This document shows positions 24,802 through 35,796 of a stretch of 64,000 bases of DNA, piece by piece. Numbering within the stretch: position 1 is the first letter of the stretch; every line of letters begins with the position of its first letter. Source of the DNA: an uncultured Alphaproteobacteria bacterium. Its GTDB lineage: Bacteria > Pseudomonadota > Alphaproteobacteria > HIMB59 > GCA-002718135. The position numbers and the translations under genes are program-made. A model generated the notes under the pieces. The model was not told the origin of the DNA. It did no database searches and saw nothing but the letters and a program-made list of their open reading frames with translations. The stretch lies in contig CABZFN010000001.1 in assembly GCA_902525035.1 (NCBI GenBank), forward strand, positions 70,010 through 134,009. Reading direction: 5' to 3'.

Positions 24802-25644
24802 TTAACTTATATGGTCTAATACTTTGTATAAAGTTTCTTTGAGGTCTTTCCTATGTGAAACAATATCTACCATTCCATGATCCTTTAGATATTCAGCTTT
24901 TTGAAAATCTATTGGTAATTCTTCCCTGATGGTGTCTTGAATAACTCTTTTACCTGCAAAACCTATTGTAGCACCTTGTTCTGCAATTGTTATATCACCT
25001 AACATTGCAAAAGAAGCTGTCACTCCTCCAGTAGTAGGTTCAGTAAGAATTACTATGTAAGGTATATTATTTTCATTTAATAAATCAACAGCTGCAATTG
25101 TCCTAGGCATTTGCATTAAACTTACAATTCCTTCCTGCATTCTTGCTCCACCAGATGAAGTTACAATTACATAAGGTAATTTGCTTTCTATTGCAATTTT
25201 AGCTCCTTTAACTATTGCCCCCCCAACTGCTCTGCCCATAGAGCCACCCATGAATTCAAAATTCATAAGTCCGGAGATAATTTCTTTATCTTTAATTTTG
25301 CCTTTAATAAGAATGAAAGCATCATCTCTATTTGTTTTTTTTCTGTATTCTTTTAATCTATCTTTATATTTTTTTTTATCTGTAAATTTTAGTGGATCAT
25401 CAGAAATTTTATCAGGTCTAATTTCACTATAATTTCCATGCTCAAAAAAAAATTTTATTCTATCTTCTGCAGACATTCTAAAATGATAATTACAATTTAC
25501 ACAAACGTATAAATTTTCTTTTAAATCCTTATGATGAATCATATTTCCACATGATACACAATTATTCCATAATTTTTCTGGGACACTTCTTCTTTTTACT
25601 AGCGAGGATAGTTTAGGTTTTACAAAATTTGTTAACCAATTCAT
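24802..25644 (-). CDS. accD: Acetyl-CoA carboxylase carboxyltransferase beta subunit
   Basis: 280 aa with an N-terminal Cys4 zinc finger (CVSCGN...CVNCNYH) and the carboxyltransferase domain (GGSMG, GGARMQEG). Confidence 0.93.
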   Translation of the reverse strand: MNWLTNFVKPKLSSLVKRRSVPEKLWNNCVSCGNMIHHKDLKENLYVCVNCNYHFRMSAEDRIKFFFEHGNYSEIRPDKISDDPLKFTDKKKYKDRLKEYRKKTNRDDAFILIKGKIKDKEIISGLMNFEFMGGSMGRAVGGAIVKGAKIAIESKLPYVIVTSSGGARMQEGIVSLMQMPRTIAAVDLLNENNIPYIVILTEPTTGGVTASFAMLGDITIAEQGATIGFAGKRVIQDTIREELPIDFQKAEYLKDHGMVDIVSHRKDLKETLYKVLDHIS

Positions 25645-26435
25645 ACTTTTGTTCCATCTTTTAAATCTTTTGAAAATTTATTAATTTCTGACAACATCTT
25701 ATCTATATTATTTAAATTCTTTTCAATAATTTTAATTATACTTGAGCCAACAACTGCACCATCAGCTATTTTGCATATATTTTTTACATCAGTTGAGTTT
25801 TTAATACCAAATCCAGGGACAACTGGTAAGTTTGTGTGTTTTTTGATAAAAGCCACTGATTTTTCAAGATCATTAAGATCTGCAGATTTTTGTCCAGTAA
25901 TGCCCATAACACTAACATAATATAAAAAACCACTTGCATTTTTTAATATTAATTTAAGCCTTTCTTCATTAGTTGTAGGAGTAATTAATCTTATTAAATC
26001 TATCTCATTATTTTTAAGCTCATTGATCAAATCTTCATCCTCTTCAGGCTGTAGATCAACAATAATTAAACCATCAACTCCATTTTTTTTGCATTTTTTT
26101 ACAAACTTCTTAATTCCAAAATAGAGTATCAAGTTATAGTAACCCATTAAAATAATAGGGAGATCATGTTTTATTTTCTTTGCCTCGAAGGCTAAAGAGA
26201 AAATATTTTCTAATTCAATTCCTTTACTTATTGCTCTATTACTTGATAGCTGAATTGTTGGACCATCAGCCATTGGATCAGAAAAAGGCATTCCAATTTC
26301 CATAATATCGGCCCCATTATTTATTATTGTCTTAATAATTTGTAAACTTGTTGCGTAATCAGGGTCACCTCCAGTAACAAATGTTACTAGTTTTTTTTCA
26401 TTATTTTTAAATGTCTGACTAATTAAATTAGTCAT
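25641..26435 (-). CDS. trpA: Tryptophan synthase alpha chain
   Basis: 264 aa with GDPD, EIGMPFSDPMADGPTIQ and GFGI motifs. Overlaps accD by 4 nt. Confidence 0.93.
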   Translation of the reverse strand: MTNLISQTFKNNEKKLVTFVTGGDPDYATSLQIIKTIINNGADIMEIGMPFSDPMADGPTIQLSSNRAISKGIELENIFSLAFEAKKIKHDLPIILMGYYNLILYFGIKKFVKKCKKNGVDGLIIVDLQPEEDEDLINELKNNEIDLIRLITPTTNEERLKLILKNASGFLYYVSVMGITGQKSADLNDLEKSVAFIKKHTNLPVVPGFGIKNSTDVKNICKIADGAVVGSSIIKIIEKNLNNIDKMLSEINKFSKDLKDGTKV

Positions 26436-27644
26436 TTAAATCTCTATATTTAATTCATCAGCTATTGTAAAAATATCTTTATCACCTCGGCCACACATGT
26501 TCATGACAATAATTTTATCTTTACTATAGTTTTTTGCTATTTTCTTTAATACAGCTAATGCATGAGCCGGTTCTAAAGCAGGAATTATGCCTTCTAATTT
26601 ACAACAATATTGAAAAGCTTCCAACGCCTCTTTGTCTGTTGCGGACATGTATGTAACTCTTTTTTCTTCAAATAAAAATGAATGTTCTGGTCCAATACCT
26701 GGATAATCTAAGCCTGCGGAAATGGAATGTGCTTCCTGAATCTGCCCAGATTTTGATTGTAGTAAATATGTTTTATTTCCATGTAATACGCCAGGCTTAC
26801 CACCTGTTAAACTTGCTGCATGCTTATCAGTATTTATGCCATGGCCTGCAGCTTCAACGGCAATCATTTCGACATTTGAGTCATCTAAAAATTCATGAAA
26901 TAATCCTAAAGCGTTTGAACCACCGCCAATACATGCCATTAATAAATCTGGTAACCTTCCTTCTATTTCTTCAAGTTGTTTTCGAACTTCCTTACCAATT
27001 ACAGATTGAAAATCTCTAACCATTGCAGGGTATGGATGTGGTCCTGCAGCTGTCCCAATTATATAAAAAGTATCTTTAACATTTGTTACCCAATCTCTTA
27101 ATGCTTCATTCATAGCATCTTTAAGCGATTTTGATCCAGTTGAAACTGATCGTATTTCTGCACCGAGTAATTTCATTCTGAAAACATTTGGAGATTGTCT
27201 TTCAATATCTTTTTCTCCCATATAAACTATGCATGGAAAACCAAATAAAGCACATACTGTTGCAGTAGCGACACCATGCTGTCCTGCTCCTGTTTCAGCT
27301 ATTATTCTAGATTTACCCATTTTTTTTGCTAATAAAATTTGTCCCATACAATTATTTATTTTATGAGCACCTGTGTGATTTAACTCATCTCTTTTGAAAA
27401 AAATTTTTGGACCCCCAAGATCATTACTAATTCTTTCGGCAAAAAATAAAGGACTTGGTCTACCTACATATGTTTTTAAATAATGATTAAACTCATTAAT
27501 AAAATTCTTATCATTTTTTATTTTTTCATATTCTTTCTCTACCTCAAGGATTAAAGGCATTAAGGTTTCTGAAACATATCTTCCTCCAAATTGACCAAAA
27601 TAACCTTTTTCATTTGGATAGCTTTTATAGGTATTTTTAAGCAT
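26436..27644 (-). CDS. trpB: Tryptophan synthase beta chain
   Basis: 402 aa with the PLP lysine context ([11 protein letters not shown]) and GGGSNA. Confidence 0.97.
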   Translation of the reverse strand: MLKNTYKSYPNEKGYFGQFGGRYVSETLMPLILEVEKEYEKIKNDKNFINEFNHYLKTYVGRPSPLFFAERISNDLGGPKIFFKRDELNHTGAHKINNCMGQILLAKKMGKSRIIAETGAGQHGVATATVCALFGFPCIVYMGEKDIERQSPNVFRMKLLGAEIRSVSTGSKSLKDAMNEALRDWVTNVKDTFYIIGTAAGPHPYPAMVRDFQSVIGKEVRKQLEEIEGRLPDLLMACIGGGSNALGLFHEFLDDSNVEMIAVEAAGHGINTDKHAASLTGGKPGVLHGNKTYLLQSKSGQIQEAHSISAGLDYPGIGPEHSFLFEEKRVTYMSATDKEALEAFQYCCKLEGIIPALEPAHALAVLKKIAKNYSKDKIIVMNMCGRGDKDIFTIADELNIEI

Positions 27645-27645
27645 T

Positions 27646-28266
27646 TTATAATTTATCGATAAAATTATTTATAATGTCATTATCTTTAATGCCAAGCTCT
27701 TTTTCTACTCCAGAGGATAAATCTACACCAAACGGATTGATATCATTAAGAATTTCCTGAATATTATCAATATTTATTCCTCCTGATAAAAACCATGGTT
27801 TGTTTGTATTAAAACTTTTCAATATATCCCAATTAAAACTCTTTGCATTACCACCAGGTAATTCATCTTTTAAAGGTTTATAATCAAACAAAAAATAATC
27901 AACACTTTGATATTTGTTAATTTTGTTTAAATCTTTTTTATTTCTTATAGAAATTGATTTAATTATTTTTACACCATTTTTTTTAACACTCCTAATATAC
28001 TCTTCATTTTCTGATCCATGTAGTTGTACAAATCTTAATTTTAATTTTATTATTATATCCTGTAGGTCCGTAATATTTTTATCAACAAAAACACCAACTC
28101 CATTAATATTTAAATCTTCAGATACTTTTTGAAGAATAAACGCATTTTCAAGAGAGATATTTCGTGGACTTTTTGGATAAAAAATCATTCCAAAAAAATT
28201 TATTTTATTTTTTTCACAGCATAATAATGTATCTTTATTTTTTATTCCGCAAATTTTGATTATCAT
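27646..28266 (-). CDS. trpF: Phosphoribosylanthranilate isomerase
   Basis: 206 aa starting IKICGI, with FVQLHG and LSGGI motifs. Immediately upstream of trpB. Confidence 0.85.
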   Translation of the reverse strand: MIIKICGIKNKDTLLCCEKNKINFFGMIFYPKSPRNISLENAFILQKVSEDLNINGVGVFVDKNITDLQDIIIKLKLRFVQLHGSENEEYIRSVKKNGVKIIKSISIRNKKDLNKINKYQSVDYFLFDYKPLKDELPGGNAKSFNWDILKSFNTNKPWFLSGGINIDNIQEILNDINPFGVDLSSGVEKELGIKDNDIINNFIDKL

Positions 28267-28268
28267 TA

Positions 28269-28952
28269 CTAGGATAAGTTCTTATTAATTTCTTTCAAAA
28301 CTCCAAGTGGATTTTTCGATCCAGTAATTGGCCTACCAATTACTAAAAAATTTGCCCCTAAATCAATCGCTTTTTTTGGAGTTTCCACTCTTTTTTGATC
28401 ATCTTTCATAATCTTACCATTGGTTCTTATTCCTGGCGTAATAATTATAAAATTTTTACCAATTTCTTTTCTAATAAATTTTATTTCTTTAGGACTACAC
28501 ACAACTCCATCAAGCTTATTATTTTTAGCATATTTTGCAAATTTTCTTACCAATACTGAAACACTGTTTTGATTATAATATTTCTTAGTCTGTTTTATAT
28601 CCATACTAGTCAAAATTGAAACCCCTAACACTTTTGTATTTTTTTTAATTGAATTAGTAGCTTGCATCATATTATCTCCACCGGATATATGAATTGTAGT
28701 AAAAAGAGGTTTTATTTTTACTAAGGCTTCCAATCCTTTCCTTACAGTATTAGGTATATCATGTAATTTCAAATCAAGAAAAATTCTGGGACAAATTCTA
28801 TAAACTTCTTTATAACCTTTTAAACCAAAATTAAAAAAAAATTGATAACCAATTTTAAAAGCATAAACATCATTTTTTAAAACTTTAACTAATTTTAATA
28901 TATTTTTAAAATCCTTACTATCCAAAGCAACAATTACTTTTTTGGATGACAT
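28269..28952 (-). CDS. pyrF: Orotidine 5'-phosphate decarboxylase
   Basis: 227 aa with VALD...FKIG...FLDLKLHDIPNTV motifs. Confidence 0.85.
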   Translation of the reverse strand: MSSKKVIVALDSKDFKNILKLVKVLKNDVYAFKIGYQFFFNFGLKGYKEVYRICPRIFLDLKLHDIPNTVRKGLEALVKIKPLFTTIHISGGDNMMQATNSIKKNTKVLGVSILTSMDIKQTKKYYNQNSVSVLVRKFAKYAKNNKLDGVVCSPKEIKFIRKEIGKNFIIITPGIRTNGKIMKDDQKRVETPKKAIDLGANFLVIGRPITGSKNPLGVLKEINKNLS

Positions 28953-28955
28953 TTC

Positions 28956-29249
28956 TTAGTTTGATTCAATTAAAGGATTGATTTTTTTATGTAAAATTTT
29001 ACCTATTTTGAAGTGCAATTTGTAACTTCTTTTCTTAAAAAGTTTTTCATTAGTTTTAGGATTTCTCACAAATTTTTCTTTATTAGTTTTTCTGCTTATT
29101 GTTCCAAAACCTCTTATTTCAATATTTTGACCATTTTTGAGTGACTGGGATATTTTTTTTATAAAAATATCAAACAGGAGTTCAATATCTTCTAAATTAA
29201 GGGTTTTGTGTTTCTTTTGTAATTTCTCAAGGATCTGTGATTTTAACAT
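28956..29249 (-). CDS. ihfB: Integration host factor beta subunit (HU/IHF family)
   Basis: 97 aa with IEIRGFG....R..R..RNPKT.E and HFK.GK motifs. Directly downstream of rpsA, as in cmk-rpsA-ihfB clusters. Confidence 0.75.
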   Translation of the reverse strand: MLKSQILEKLQKKHKTLNLEDIELLFDIFIKKISQSLKNGQNIEIRGFGTISRKTNKEKFVRNPKTNEKLFKKRSYKLHFKIGKILHKKINPLIESN

Positions 29250-29254
29250 TAATC

Positions 29255-30955
29255 CTATTTTTTTAATACGGAACCTAAAATATCACCTAAAGAAGCTCCA
29301 GATGCACTTGAGCCATATTTGTTAAGAGCTTCTTTTTCATCTCTTATTTCTAACTCCTTAATAGATAGATTAAGTGCTCTAGTTTTTGAGTCTATGGAAA
29401 TTATTATAGAGTCGAGATTTTCATCAAGCGCAAAGCGTTCAGTTTTATTTTCATTTTTATCATTAGAAAGGTTTGATTTTTTAATAAAGCCAAATATTTT
29501 TTTATCTTTATCTAACTCAATTTTTAATCCTTTTTCATCTATATTTACTATTTTACCTGTTACTTTCGAGTCAATAGGATTTGTTTCCAAATATTCTTGA
29601 ACAGGATCATTATTTAGATGCTTAATCCCAAGGCTTATTCTTTCTTTATCAGCATTGATATCAAGAATCTTTACTTTCACATCATCCCCTTTTTTAAAGT
29701 TTTTGATTATATTCTCACATTCTTTTTCATCCCAGCTTAGATCAGAAATATGAACCATTCCATCAATTTCATCTAACACTTTTACAAATATTCCAAAATC
29801 AACTATGTTAACTATTTCAGTTTCAAATGTATCATTAATATTAAAAGTTTCTTTTAGTTTGATCCATGGATTGTCTTTCATCTGTTTTAAACTACAAATT
29901 ATCCTTTTTTTATCATCATCTATTTCTAAAACTAGTACTTCAATCTCATCTTTAATATTAAGTATCTTTGATGGATGAGGAGGTTTTTTTAACCAGCTAA
30001 GTTCATTTAAAGTTATTACACCATCATACTTATCATTAATAATAATATGAACGTTATTGTCGTTCATACTATTTACTTTGCCTAAGATCTTTGAATTAGT
30101 TGCTATATTTTCATTAACGGTATCCCATGGATTATCTGTTAACTGTTTTATACCGAGACTTAACCTAGCTAGGTCTTCATCAAATTTAAGTACTTTAACT
30201 TTAATTGTAGAATTAAGTTCAAGTATATCATTAGGATTATTTATTTTAGTCCAAGCAATATCTGTAACATGAACCAGACCATCTATTCCTCCCAAATCAA
30301 TAAAAGCTCCATAATCTGTAATATTTTTAACCTTACCTTCAATTATTGAACCTTCTTTTATATTCTTTAAAAGTTCAGTTCTTTGTTCTTTTAATTCATT
30401 TTCAGTTATTGCTTTTCTAGAAACAACAATATTTCCTCTATATTTGTCCATCTTTAAAATAATTAAATCCAATGGTTTGTTTAAGAGTTCCTTTGTATCT
30501 CTGATGATTTGTCTTGAGTCAATTTGACTGCCTGGAAGAAAGGCAACAACTCCATCTAGGTCAACGCTCATTCCACCCTTAACTCTGTTAAAAGGAATAC
30601 CTGTTACAACTTTATTTTCATTAAAACTAGATTGTAAATTTTGCCATGCTTTTTGTTTTACAGCTTTTTCCCTAGATAAAAGTGTTTCACCATTTGCATT
30701 GTCAACATTTTCTATAAAAACTTCAGCTTTATCTCCAACTTGAATTTCTGATTTTTGACCAGGTCTTGAAAATTCACTTAAAGGTACACGTCCTTCACTT
30801 TTTAATCCAACATCAATAGTTACTATCTCATTTTCTATTGATATAATCTTTCCAGTTGCAATACTCTTTTCTTTAGCCGAAGAATTCTTTAAAGAATTTG
30901 CTATCAGGGTATCATATTCTGAATTACTTATTTTATTCGATATATCTTGATTCAT
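29255..30955 (-). CDS. rpsA: 30S ribosomal protein S1
   Basis: 566 aa with six S1 repeats (G.V..I...GAF.DLGG.DGL.H.S). Confidence 0.95.
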   Translation of the reverse strand: MNQDISNKISNSEYDTLIANSLKNSSAKEKSIATGKIISIENEIVTIDVGLKSEGRVPLSEFSRPGQKSEIQVGDKAEVFIENVDNANGETLLSREKAVKQKAWQNLQSSFNENKVVTGIPFNRVKGGMSVDLDGVVAFLPGSQIDSRQIIRDTKELLNKPLDLIILKMDKYRGNIVVSRKAITENELKEQRTELLKNIKEGSIIEGKVKNITDYGAFIDLGGIDGLVHVTDIAWTKINNPNDILELNSTIKVKVLKFDEDLARLSLGIKQLTDNPWDTVNENIATNSKILGKVNSMNDNNVHIIINDKYDGVITLNELSWLKKPPHPSKILNIKDEIEVLVLEIDDDKKRIICSLKQMKDNPWIKLKETFNINDTFETEIVNIVDFGIFVKVLDEIDGMVHISDLSWDEKECENIIKNFKKGDDVKVKILDINADKERISLGIKHLNNDPVQEYLETNPIDSKVTGKIVNIDEKGLKIELDKDKKIFGFIKKSNLSNDKNENKTERFALDENLDSIIISIDSKTRALNLSIKELEIRDEKEALNKYGSSASGASLGDILGSVLKK

Positions 30956-30956
30956 T

Positions 30957-31592
30957 CTAAATTTTAGTTAGTAATTTGTTAATTTGTTTGACTGTATTAT
31001 TAAACTTGCCATTATTATCTAATATATAGGCATCCTTAGGAATAACTAATGGGGAGTGTCTTCTAAGTTTGTCTTTTTTATCTCTCAATTTTATTTCCTT
31101 TAAAATTTGTGGGTATATAGACTTTTCACCACTATCAATCAACTGTTTATATCTCCTTTTTGCCCTTATTTCAGCTTTTACTTCTACATATAATTTTATA
31201 TCTGCTGATTTAAAAACAACTGATCCAATATCCCGCCCATCTATTACAAAGCCTTGAAAATATTTATTTTTTGTTACAAAATCATGCTGTAATTTATTAA
31301 TGTAAAGCCTTACAAAATTATATACTGCAATTTTTGATGCCAAATTACTTATTTCTTGTGTTCTAATTTTTTTACTTTTTCGAAAAGATATTGATTTTAT
31401 TTTATTAATATTTTCTTTGATATGATTATGATTATTTATATCAACTTTGTTATTTAAAAATATCAAAGCTAGTCTTCTATAAAGAATACCTGAATCTAAA
31501 TGCTTAAACTTCAATTTTTTACTAATATATTTAGAAATTTTTTCCTTACCAGAAGCTGCTGGACCATCAATAGTTATTATTTTTTTTTTCAA
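30957..31592 (-). CDS. cmk: Cytidylate kinase
   Basis: 211 aa with P-loop IDGPAASGK and the DSG.LYR motif. Upstream of rpsA. Confidence 0.85.
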   Translation of the reverse strand: MKKKIITIDGPAASGKEKISKYISKKLKFKHLDSGILYRRLALIFLNNKVDINNHNHIKENINKIKSISFRKSKKIRTQEISNLASKIAVYNFVRLYINKLQHDFVTKNKYFQGFVIDGRDIGSVVFKSADIKLYVEVKAEIRAKRRYKQLIDSGEKSIYPQILKEIKLRDKKDKLRRHSPLVIPKDAYILDNNGKFNNTVKQINKLLTKI

Positions 31593-32887
31593 GAAATACT
31601 TCCACCAAGATTATTTATTTCTTTTCTAAAACTTGGGAAGCTAGTATTTATAGACTTTGAATCTTTTATTTCAAGAGGTCCTAATTTTGTTCCCATTATT
31701 GCAAAAGCCATAGCTATTCTATGATCAAATTCAGTTTTTATAACATTATTTTTAGTTTCATATTTATCTGTTGGGTAAATAAAAAGATCATCATTTTCTG
31801 CTCTACAATTAACTCCACAATTTTGTAAGTTTAGAACTATTAATTTTAATCTATCACTTTCTTTAACTCTTAATTCTTTTAAACCCCGAAATATACTTGG
31901 AGATTTTGCAAAGGACGCTGCAATTGAGAGAATTGGGTACTCATCTATCATTAAATCAGCATATTCTGGACCAAACTCACATCCATGCAGCATAGAAGTT
32001 TCTACTGTAATATCGCATATATTTTCGTTATTATTTATCTTCTGATTGAAGATATTAATTTTAGCACCCATTTTTTTTAAAGCTAAAATTATGCCATTTC
32101 TTGTAGGGTTGTTGTTAATATTTTTAAGAGTAATATGAGAGTTATTGTTAATTAAAGCACAAACTATAAAGAATGCACTACTAGAAAGATCATTTGGAAC
32201 ATCAATATTTTTAGGAACCAATTCTTTTTGCCCAATAATTTTTATATATTTTTTTTTGTCTAATTTTTTTATTTCTATGTTTGCACCAAATGAACCTAAC
32301 ATTTTCTCAGTGTGATCTCTTGTAATTTTATTTTCAGTAATATTTGTTTCACCTTTTGTATTTAGACTAGCTAATAGAATACCAGATTTTATTTGGGCTG
32401 ATGGGATCTTTAAATTAATGCTTGTAGGTGTTAGATTTGTACCTTGTATCAAAAGAGGCAAAGAACTATTGGTAGTCTTTATTTTAGCCCCCATTTCAGT
32501 CAGTGGATTTGAAATTCTATTCATTGGTCTGCTAGATAAAGATTTATCTCCTGTTAATGTAGAGTCAAAACTTTGAGAGGATAATAGACCGGTTAATAAC
32601 CTTGCACTAGTTCCAGAGTTTCCAAGATAAATATTGTTCTTCGGTTTCTCTAGAGAATTTAAACCTTTTCCATAAATTATTAATTTTTGATCTATCTCAT
32701 CAATCCTAACACCCATACTTTTGAATGCTTTGAGCGTATGCATCACATCATCAGATTTCAAAATATTATTTATTTCACAAATACCATTTGATATTGAGGG
32801 AATTATAATTGATCTATGTGATATTGATTTGTCTCCAGGTATATTTACTATCCCTTTTATACCATTACTAATTGCACTACTAATCAT
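31589..32887 (-). CDS. aroA: 3-phosphoshikimate 1-carboxyvinyltransferase (EPSP synthase)
   Basis: 432 aa with PGDKSISHR, LGNSGTSARLL and DHRIAMAF motifs. Confidence 0.93.
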   Translation of the reverse strand: MISSAISNGIKGIVNIPGDKSISHRSIIIPSISNGICEINNILKSDDVMHTLKAFKSMGVRIDEIDQKLIIYGKGLNSLEKPKNNIYLGNSGTSARLLTGLLSSQSFDSTLTGDKSLSSRPMNRISNPLTEMGAKIKTTNSSLPLLIQGTNLTPTSINLKIPSAQIKSGILLASLNTKGETNITENKITRDHTEKMLGSFGANIEIKKLDKKKYIKIIGQKELVPKNIDVPNDLSSSAFFIVCALINNNSHITLKNINNNPTRNGIILALKKMGAKINIFNQKINNNENICDITVETSMLHGCEFGPEYADLMIDEYPILSIAASFAKSPSIFRGLKELRVKESDRLKLIVLNLQNCGVNCRAENDDLFIYPTDKYETKNNVIKTEFDHRIAMAFAIMGTKLGPLEIKDSKSINTSFPSFRKEINNLGGSIS

Positions 32888-32888
32888 C

Positions 32889-33635
32889 TTAAAGTTTGAA
32901 ATTTGATCCTAAATAAAATTTCTTAATTTTTTCATCGTTTACCGCTGTCGTTGGATCTCCTTCATAAAATATAGCCCCTTCATTAACTATATAGACTTTA
33001 TCAACAATTTTTAGTGTCTCTCTAACATTATGATCAGTAATTAAAATTCCAATGTTTCTTTCTTTCAATTTTTTAATAATCATTTTTATTTCTTCTATTG
33101 AAACAGGATCAATTCCAGTTAGTGGTTCATCTAATAATAAATATTTAGGATTTGTTGCTAATGTTCTCGCGATTTCTAATCTTCGTCTTTCTCCACCAGA
33201 TAAAACAATAGATTTAGATTTTCTTACATGATTAATATCAAATTCATTTAGGAGATTTTGTAATAATATGTTTTGTTTATTTTTATCTTTTTCTTTTATT
33301 TCGATAATTGATAAAAGATTATCTTCAACACTCATACCTCTAAAAATTGAGGCTTCTTGTGGAAGATAACTAATTCCAAATTTTCCCCTTAGATATATAG
33401 GTAAATTAGATACATCTAGTTTATCTAAAATTATATTGCCGCTATCAGGTTTAACCAGTCCAACAATTATATAGAATGTTGTAGTTTTTCCAGCACCATT
33501 TGGTCCCAATAAACCAACTATCTCCCTTCTATTGATTGATATGCTAATATCCCTAACTACTTGTTTATTCCCATATGTTTTTGATATTTTGTTGATTGTT
33601 AATCCATTATCTAAAACTTTAAATTTACTATTCAT
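32889..33635 (-). CDS. lptB: LPS export ABC transporter ATP-binding protein
   Basis: 248 aa with Walker A GPNGAGKTT, signature LSGGERRRLEIAR and Walker B LLDEP. Directly downstream of the lptC/lptA-like genes. Confidence 0.9.
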   Translation of the reverse strand: MNSKFKVLDNGLTINKISKTYGNKQVVRDISISINRREIVGLLGPNGAGKTTTFYIIVGLVKPDSGNIILDKLDVSNLPIYLRGKFGISYLPQEASIFRGMSVEDNLLSIIEIKEKDKNKQNILLQNLLNEFDINHVRKSKSIVLSGGERRRLEIARTLATNPKYLLLDEPLTGIDPVSIEEIKMIIKKLKERNIGILITDHNVRETLKIVDKVYIVNEGAIFYEGDPTTAVNDEKIKKFYLGSNFKL

Positions 33636-34389
33636 TATTTTGAATTATCACTTTAACTTTAGTTTTGTTATTTGATTTAATTTTATATGAATTATTCTTT
33701 GTATCAAGTGTTCCATAATCACCAGATATTTTTTCTCCATCACGAATTACTGTAACACTATCTATTAATTCTATAATTGAGGTATTATCACTAAAGTATA
33801 TTTTTTTTGCAAACATTTCAGTATCATTATTTTTTATGTAAGAAATTTTATCATCAATTACGTTTAATTTAATAATTTTTCTAACATCATCAGTATTATT
33901 AAAAACACCATCAATTGTGTCAGCAATTATTAAAATATTTTCATTAACCATTTTTGAATTTAATCCCTTTAATGAAAACTCACCAGAAATATTATTTACT
34001 TCGATAAAACCATCCGAAAACATTTCAACATCCTGAGTCGTTAATTGCGAATTGTTTCCTACTATTTTTAATTTTTCAATTTTTACTTGAAATTTAAGTT
34101 TATCTCCTACACCTCTAATTTTAAATTCTTCAGAATCAAATCTAACATTACCATCTGCGTTTAATTCAACTATATCGTATAAATTATTTTTAAAATCAAT
34201 TCTTACTTTATCAGCATTTAAGACAAAGTTATCTGAATTAATTTTTACATTTTTTTTAAGTAAATAAAAATTTTCTTTTTGAAATACCTCAATACCTTCA
34301 TCTGTTGTAATTTCTGTTTCGCCTATCTCTCTTGAGAATGCATTAATAGTAAATAAACAAGTAAAAATTATATTTAAAAATAACCTCAC
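33628..34389 (-). CDS. lptA: LPS transport periplasmic protein LptA (OstA-like)
   Basis: 253 aa with a signal peptide and a repetitive beta-jellyroll-like sequence. It sits between lptC and lptB. Confidence 0.65.
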   Translation of the reverse strand: MRLFLNIIFTCLFTINAFSREIGETEITTDEGIEVFQKENFYLLKKNVKINSDNFVLNADKVRIDFKNNLYDIVELNADGNVRFDSEEFKIRGVGDKLKFQVKIEKLKIVGNNSQLTTQDVEMFSDGFIEVNNISGEFSLKGLNSKMVNENILIIADTIDGVFNNTDDVRKIIKLNVIDDKISYIKNNDTEMFAKKIYFSDNTSIIELIDSVTVIRDGEKISGDYGTLDTKNNSYKIKSNNKTKVKVIIQNNE

Positions 34390-34835
34390 TTTAATATTAT
34401 GAATGATTTTCCATAAAAAATTATTACATTCCCCTTATCATAAATATTAAAACCATCTGAAGTAATTATTGCATTTTCTGATCTAAATAGAGATTTTGAA
34501 TCACTTTCTGCAGTTTGTTTATTCTTATTAAAAATAACCTTTTCTGATTCAATACTAAAATCATTCGATTTAAATCTTACATTTTCATTCAAAAGTACTT
34601 CATCGTTATTTAAAAAATTACCTTTTTTTGCAGTAATTGTAATTTTTTTTGAAGCATTATTGATAGCAAATTTTGGCTCTTCAATATCTGTATCTTCTAT
34701 ATTATTTTCTATAATTTGAATCTCAATGTTATTTAATTGAAATTGTTTAGAAATTATGAAAATTAAAAATAAAACTATTATAAGAAGTCCAAAGAAAAAT
34801 ATAAATTTTCTATTAATATATAAAAAAAAATTCAA
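34386..34835 (-). CDS. lptC: LPS export system protein LptC
   Basis: 149 aa with one N-terminal TM anchor and a periplasmic beta-rich domain. It sits between kdsD and lptA. Confidence 0.55.
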   Translation of the reverse strand: MNFFLYINRKFIFFFGLLIIVLFLIFIISKQFQLNNIEIQIIENNIEDTDIEEPKFAINNASKKITITAKKGNFLNNDEVLLNENVRFKSNDFSIESEKVIFNKNKQTAESDSKSLFRSENAIITSDGFNIYDKGNVIIFYGKSFIILK

Positions 34836-34836
34836 A

Positions 34837-35796
34837 TTAACTCGTCAATCTTAACAAATCATGAATGTGAACAATTCCTAAAGGCTTTTTTTTATCACAG
34901 ATAAATAAACTTGTTATTTTTTTTGTGTTCATTAAATTTATTGCTTCTCCTACTAACATATTTTTATCCGCTAAAGTTGGATTTTTAGTCATTATTTCTG
35001 AGGCCTTTTTGTTAAAAAATTTAGAGTTTAATTTTCTTCTTAAATCTCCATCCGTAATAATACCTACTATTTGATTATTTTTATTAACCACACCAATACA
35101 ACCAAAACTTTTTTTAGTCATAGTAAGTAAAGCCTTTGACATTTTTTCTTCTAATTTTGCTATAGGCAATTCTTTACCCAAATGCATAACATCATTTAGG
35201 CTTTTTAAATCTTTACCCAGATTGCCTCCAGGATGAAGACTTTTAAATTGTGTGCTTTTAAATCCTCTTAATTCTAATAGTGATATTGCTATACAGTCTC
35301 CAATAATCATTGACATTGAAGTTGAACTAGTTGGTGCCAAATTTAGCGGACAAGCTTCTATTGGTTTTTTATATAAAATACCTATTGTAGAATTTTTATG
35401 AAGCGTACTTTTTGAGTTACTTGTTATGCTAATAAGCTTAATGTTAAATCTTTTTGTAAATTGAATTATGTTATTTAATTCTGAAGTTTCACCTGAATTT
35501 GAAATAGCAATCACGCAGTCTTCTTTTTTAATACTTCCTAAGTCACCATGGCTTGCTTCTGTTGCGTGAACAAAATATGAAGGCGTTCCAGTAGATGTAA
35601 GTGTTGCTGATATCTTATTACCTATATGAGCACTCTTACCAACGCCAGTAACAACTACCTTACCTTTTGTATTATAAATTATATTTACCGCTTTACAAAA
35701 ATTAATATTAAAAGTTGATTTTAAATTTTTTATGCTAGTTATTTCTCTTGATAATGTACTTTTTGCACTATTAATTATATTTTTATTTTTATTCAT
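34837..35796 (-). CDS. kdsD: Arabinose-5-phosphate isomerase (SIS domain plus tandem CBS)
   Basis: 319 aa with the SIS motif (VVTGVGKSAHIG, ISNSGET) and a C-terminal CBS pair. Confidence 0.88.
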   Translation of the reverse strand: MNKNKNIINSAKSTLSREITSIKNLKSTFNINFCKAVNIIYNTKGKVVVTGVGKSAHIGNKISATLTSTGTPSYFVHATEASHGDLGSIKKEDCVIAISNSGETSELNNIIQFTKRFNIKLISITSNSKSTLHKNSTIGILYKKPIEACPLNLAPTSSTSMSMIIGDCIAISLLELRGFKSTQFKSLHPGGNLGKDLKSLNDVMHLGKELPIAKLEEKMSKALLTMTKKSFGCIGVVNKNNQIVGIITDGDLRRKLNSKFFNKKASEIMTKNPTLADKNMLVGEAINLMNTKKITSLFICDKKKPLGIVHIHDLLRLTS

